A stretch of DNA of 63,923 nucleotides, counting the filler, from an uncultured bacterium (GTDB lineage: Bacteria > CAZDME01 > JAYEMH01): the NCBI GenBank assembly GCA_964506785.1. It is 5 parts of 5 records of this genome, joined end to end, with 100 filler letters (N's around TTAATTAATTAA, not from the genome) between each part and the next. Parts side by side here need not be neighbours in the genome. Positions count along the whole stretch, not along the records: positions 47,318 to 62,186 come from CAZDME010000032.1; positions 62,287 to 63,923 come from CAZDME010000109.1; 3 more parts are not named here. One strand, written 5' to 3'. Below, piece after piece: positions 60,879 through 63,923 of this stretch (positions are counted from its first letter, which is position 1; every line of letters starts with the position of its first letter). The notes below the pieces were generated by a model. It was not told the origin of the DNA. It was given only the letters and a program-made list of their open reading frames with translations, and did no database searches. The translations under genes were made by a program, and so were the position numbers.

Positions 60879-61774
60879 GCCCCGTTAGAAATTACGACAG
60901 CCAAAAAATGAAGAATGTTTCCAATGATAATTATAGTTTTGACAGATTTAGGTCAAGCAAATTTTCTAACGGGGTGAGAATAGATGCCAAGGGGATGTTT
61001 TATAAAGAACTCAATGAATTAATCCATCAGGCAGCGGATAGCGGGAAGAAAAATATTACTTTAGATAATGTCAATGGGCAGCGTTATATCGGGACCGGGC
61101 TATCTGGTGATATGAAAGTTACCATTAACGGAGTGCCGGGTAATGACCTTGCCGCTTTTATGGATGGACCGACCATTATAGTTAATTCTAACGGGCAGGA
61201 TGGTATAGGTAATACCATGAATGCCGGCAAAATCATTGTCCATGGCGATGCTGGCGATATTGTTGGCCATTCTATGCGAGGCGGTAAGATTTATATCGAG
61301 GGAAACACTGGCTATAGAATCGGCATCCATATGAAATCCTATAAGGATTTATATCCGGTTATAATAATAGGGGGAAACGTTAGAGATTTTTTGGGAGAAT
61401 ATATGGCTGGTGGACTGATAATAGTATTAGGGCTACACGGGGAAGAAGGTGTCAGGTATGAGGGATTAGGTGACAGAAAAAAAGATAAGCCCCAAGAATC
61501 CATAACCTACAACCCGTTACCTATAGTGGGTAGCTACTGTGGTACAGGTATGCATGGCGGGACAATATATATTCGCGGCAATATAGAAAATTACCGATTA
61601 GGCAAAGAGGTACAAAAGGGCAAGTTGAGTAAAGAGGACAATAAAATATTAAGGGCGTATTTGAAAGAATATTGCGCTTATTTTTCGCTGAACCCGGAAA
61701 ATATTCTAAAGAGCAGCTTCGTCAAGCTCAGTCCTTCAAGTTATCGTCCTTATGGGAAATTATATGCGTATTGA
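60875..61774 (+). CDS. GXGXG-domain glutamate synthase subunit (GlxC/GltB3-like)
   Basis: GQRYIG, GVPGNDL.AFMDG, G.TMN.G, FLGEYMAGG, GTGMHGG. Confidence 0.9.
   Translation: MSPVRNYDSQKMKNVSNDNYSFDRFRSSKFSNGVRIDAKGMFYKELNELIHQAADSGKKNITLDNVNGQRYIGTGLSGDMKVTINGVPGNDLAAFMDGPTIIVNSNGQDGIGNTMNAGKIIVHGDAGDIVGHSMRGGKIYIEGNTGYRIGIHMKSYKDLYPVIIIGGNVRDFLGEYMAGGLIIVLGLHGEEGVRYEGLGDRKKDKPQESITYNPLPIVGSYCGTGMHGGTIYIRGNIENYRLGKEVQKGKLSKEDNKILRAYLKEYCAYFSLNPENILKSSFVKLSPSSYRPYGKLYAY
60880..60974. mobile_element. Palindromic mini-element copy 6 (95 bp), in frame at the GXGXG subunit N-terminus
   Basis: TGAG-CCCCGTTAGAAA...TTTCTAACGGGG-TGAG; 95+4=99 bp; removal gives MRIDAKG. Confidence 0.9.
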
Positions 61775-61782
61775 TGGAAAGG

Positions 61783-61810
61783 GGTTACCAAAGAAGAGAA
61801 TTTTTTACTT
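61783..61810 (+). promoter_or_regulatory. Putative alternative-sigma promoter, copy 3
   Basis: GGTTACC-N14-TTTACTT. Confidence 0.75.
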
Positions 61811-61835
61811 TAATAATTAAAGACTAAATCCAAAA

Positions 61836-61909
61836 AACACAAAGTTAGTGTTGTAGATTGGAACGACGGCGTTCTTGAGCCTCATCGGTAGAGGTAAAAG
61901 GGCGCTTTT
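61836..61909 (+). promoter_or_regulatory. ANTAR dual hairpin + terminator
   Basis: AACAC-AAAGTTA-GTGTT; GAAC-GACGGC-GTTC overlapping terminator GCGTTCTT/AAGGGCGC-TTTT. Confidence 0.8.
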
Positions 61910-61932
61910 CCATTTTTGGCTCCGGGTAAGAA

Positions 61933-62181
61933 ATGACAGATATAAATGAGAAAATTTGGCTCAGAACGGCACTTTACGATGTGAAGAACCAAATGCGAGA
62001 AAACAACCTGGAAGGTTTTAAAGCCGTACTCAAGGTTCTATCCCGCGATTCCTTAAAAACTTTAGAAAATGCAGAGATGGAATGGACACTTGACCATGAT
62101 ACTCAGGAATTGAGAGAAAAATTCGATTTAGTGCGCCATTATTTGAATCACTTAAAGAGATTTTGCCAGAGAGTAGTCTGA
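61933..62181 (+). CDS. Hypothetical 82-aa helical protein
   Basis: Complete ORF downstream of the promoter and ANTAR leader; weak RBS. Confidence 0.6.
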   Translation: MTDINEKIWLRTALYDVKNQMRENNLEGFKAVLKVLSRDSLKTLENAEMEWTLDHDTQELREKFDLVRHYLNHLKRFCQRVV

Positions 62182-62186
62182 AGGGA

Positions 62187-62286
62187 NNNNNNNNNNNNNN
62201 NNNNNNNNNNNNNNNNNNNNNNNNNNNNNNTTAATTAATTAANNNNNNNNNNNNNNNNNNNNNNNNNNNNNNNNNNNNNNNNNNNN
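62187..62286. other. Assembly gap / contig linker
   Basis: N run containing TTAATTAATTAA. Confidence 0.99.
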
Positions 62287-62415
62287 AATGGGTTTAAAGA
62301 AGATAAGATAACAAGTATCGAAACTGAAATTAACAGTAAGATTAATGAAGCGGTCGCTAAGGCTAAGAAAGCGACATTTACCGGAGAATCTGAATTATAC
62401 GAAGGGGTATTTTAA
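62287..62415 (+). CDS. TPP-dependent dehydrogenase E1 alpha subunit C-terminus (partial)
   Basis: IETEINSKINEAVAKAKKA.F...ELYEGVF; stop overlaps the E1 beta start. Confidence 0.65.
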   Translation, partial: NGFKEDKITSIETEINSKINEAVAKAKKATFTGESELYEGVF

Positions 62416-63455
62416 TGAAAAAAATGACTTATTGCCAGGCTTTGAGGGAAGCGATGTTTCAAGAGATGGAAAGGGATCCTAATGTTTTTGTCTACGGAAT
62501 AGGTGTTCCGGACCATAAAGGGATATTTGGGACTACCTTGGGGTTGGCAGAAAGATTCGGCAAGGAACGTTGTTTCGATACGCCTCTTTCCGAAGATGGT
62601 ATGACCGGATTTGGCTTAGGTGCGGCTATTAATGGAATGAGGCCGATTCACATTCATATCCGAGTAGATTTCCTCCTTTTAGCTATGAATCAGTTAGCGA
62701 ATATGGTTTCATGCTACCGCTATACCTCCTGCGGAAAATTAAAAGTTCCTATGGTTATAAGGGCGGTTATCGGCCGGGGTTGGGGCCAGGGTTCGCAGCA
62801 TAGTAAAAGTATGTTGTCTGTTTTTGCCCATATTCCGGGGTTAAAGGTTGTTGTGCCAACCACCCCGAAAGATGCCAAAGGATTACTTATTTCAGCGATA
62901 AGGGATGATAACCCGGTGATAGTTATAGAGCACCGCTGGCTTTATTGGCAGGAAGGAGAGGTTCCCGATGGAGATTTTACCATACCTTTAGAAGAGGCCA
63001 ATATTTTACACCCGGGTAAAGATGTAACCGTTGTGGCTACCTCATGGTTGAATGTTGAAGCCCTTAAGGCAGCTGAAATTCTAAATAGAAGAGGCGTAAG
63101 CATCGAAATAATCGACCCCAGGACCATAGCTCCGTTTAATGATAGAATTATTATCCAATCGGTGAATAAAACCGGCCGGTGTATTGTTGCCGATAACGAT
63201 TGGCTGCATTGCGGCTTTAGTGCCGAGGTGGCCGCCCGGGTGGCTAAGGGTTCATTTGGAAAATTAAAATGCCCGATAGAGAGGATAGGGTTTGCCCCGA
63301 CACCCTGCCCGACGGTAAGGCATTTGGAAAATGAATTTTATCCTAATGCAGTTAAGATTATCCGTACCGTTGAGAAAATGATGAAATTAAGCCCGGCAGA
63401 TTTATCAAAAGAAGAGTTTTACAGCCACGAGAAAAGATTTAAAGGGCCGTTTTAA
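62415..63455 (+). CDS. Alpha-ketoacid dehydrogenase E1 beta / transketolase-like subunit (probably in a sugar/O-antigen cluster)
   Basis: DTPLSE, G.RPI, QHS, HIPGLKVV.P, DPRTIAP. Confidence 0.88.
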   Translation: MKKMTYCQALREAMFQEMERDPNVFVYGIGVPDHKGIFGTTLGLAERFGKERCFDTPLSEDGMTGFGLGAAINGMRPIHIHIRVDFLLLAMNQLANMVSCYRYTSCGKLKVPMVIRAVIGRGWGQGSQHSKSMLSVFAHIPGLKVVVPTTPKDAKGLLISAIRDDNPVIVIEHRWLYWQEGEVPDGDFTIPLEEANILHPGKDVTVVATSWLNVEALKAAEILNRRGVSIEIIDPRTIAPFNDRIIIQSVNKTGRCIVADNDWLHCGFSAEVAARVAKGSFGKLKCPIERIGFAPTPCPTVRHLENEFYPNAVKIIRTVEKMMKLSPADLSKEEFYSHEKRFKGPF

Positions 63456-63470
63456 AAAGAGGAATAAATT

Positions 63471-63923
63471 ATGGGTGAGGTGACAATAGAGGGTTTTGCC
63501 CGTTCCTTTGGAACGAACAAAGAAGATATTCCCTCGGAGTGCAAGCAATTAATTAAAGAAAACAACTTTAGATATAAGGTGCTTGCCGGAAAAAAACGGG
63601 ATAAAGTTATTTTGGATGTCCTTAAAAAAATTGCATCTGACCGGCAGGTTATCGGGGCAAAAGAAAGACAGGCCGTTTGGGAAAAAGGATGGATGGAAAA
63701 TCTCGATGAATTTATAAAAAGCGGTTATGATTTAAACAAATTGGTTCCAAAATTTATCAGGCCTAATCAGGTGATAAGGCTGAATCAAAATTATATAGAG
63801 CCGGTTAGCGCCAGCTTTGAATGCGATTATTTTTCAGTTTTTCGGCTTTGGCTTTTCAAAAAATATTTCGAGAGTTTTGAACACATCTATGAATTCGGCT
63901 GTGGCACAGGTTTTAATCTGGTG
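63471..63923 (+). CDS. Class I SAM-dependent methyltransferase (3' partial)
   Basis: Open to window end; IYEFGCGTGFNL motif I. Confidence 0.8.
   Translation, partial: MGEVTIEGFARSFGTNKEDIPSECKQLIKENNFRYKVLAGKKRDKVILDVLKKIASDRQVIGAKERQAVWEKGWMENLDEFIKSGYDLNKLVPKFIRPNQVIRLNQNYIEPVSASFECDYFSVFRLWLFKKYFESFEHIYEFGCGTGFNLV

Overview
Bacterial draft-genome window made of five contigs joined by N-TTAATTAATTAA-N linkers (15909-16008, 31571-31670, 47218-47317, 62187-62286). The organism is diderm (LptD, TonB, beta-barrel OMP) and probably anaerobic; the gene content resembles Omnitrophota/PVC-type MAGs or SAGs, which is an inference. Most of the window is housekeeping: mrdA-rodA-miaA-hflX, accD-folC, trpBA, manC-pgm-lepB, nadE, thyA and tRNA-Thr. 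Three non-coding systems stand out. (1) A nitrogen-assimilation island (51053-62181) appears to be run by a two-layer circuit. A GAF-ANTAR antiterminator sits next to an alternative sigma factor. Seven ANTAR-type dual-hairpin/terminator units lie in the leaders of the sigma gene, amtB-glnK, glnA plus a split GOGAT, and an 82-aa orphan; most have an unusual 7-nt first loop. An exactly spaced GGTTACC-N14-TTTACTT promoter-like motif precedes the three downstream target units. (2) A small palindromic insertion element (CCCCGTTAGAAA...TTTCTAACGGGG, 4-bp target duplication, unrelated interiors) occurs in six copies. Three are in frame inside GOGAT subunits and one frameshifts the start of folC. (3) Period-7 degenerate repeat arrays are dispersed through the window, two of them inserted in frame in enzymes. 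Also present: a c-di-GMP-I riboswitch upstream of an 889-aa secreted orphan, a dif-like site followed by a tandem-domain orphan, a HEPN/MNT pair with a perfect palindromic operator, and a PII protein with a short T-loop.
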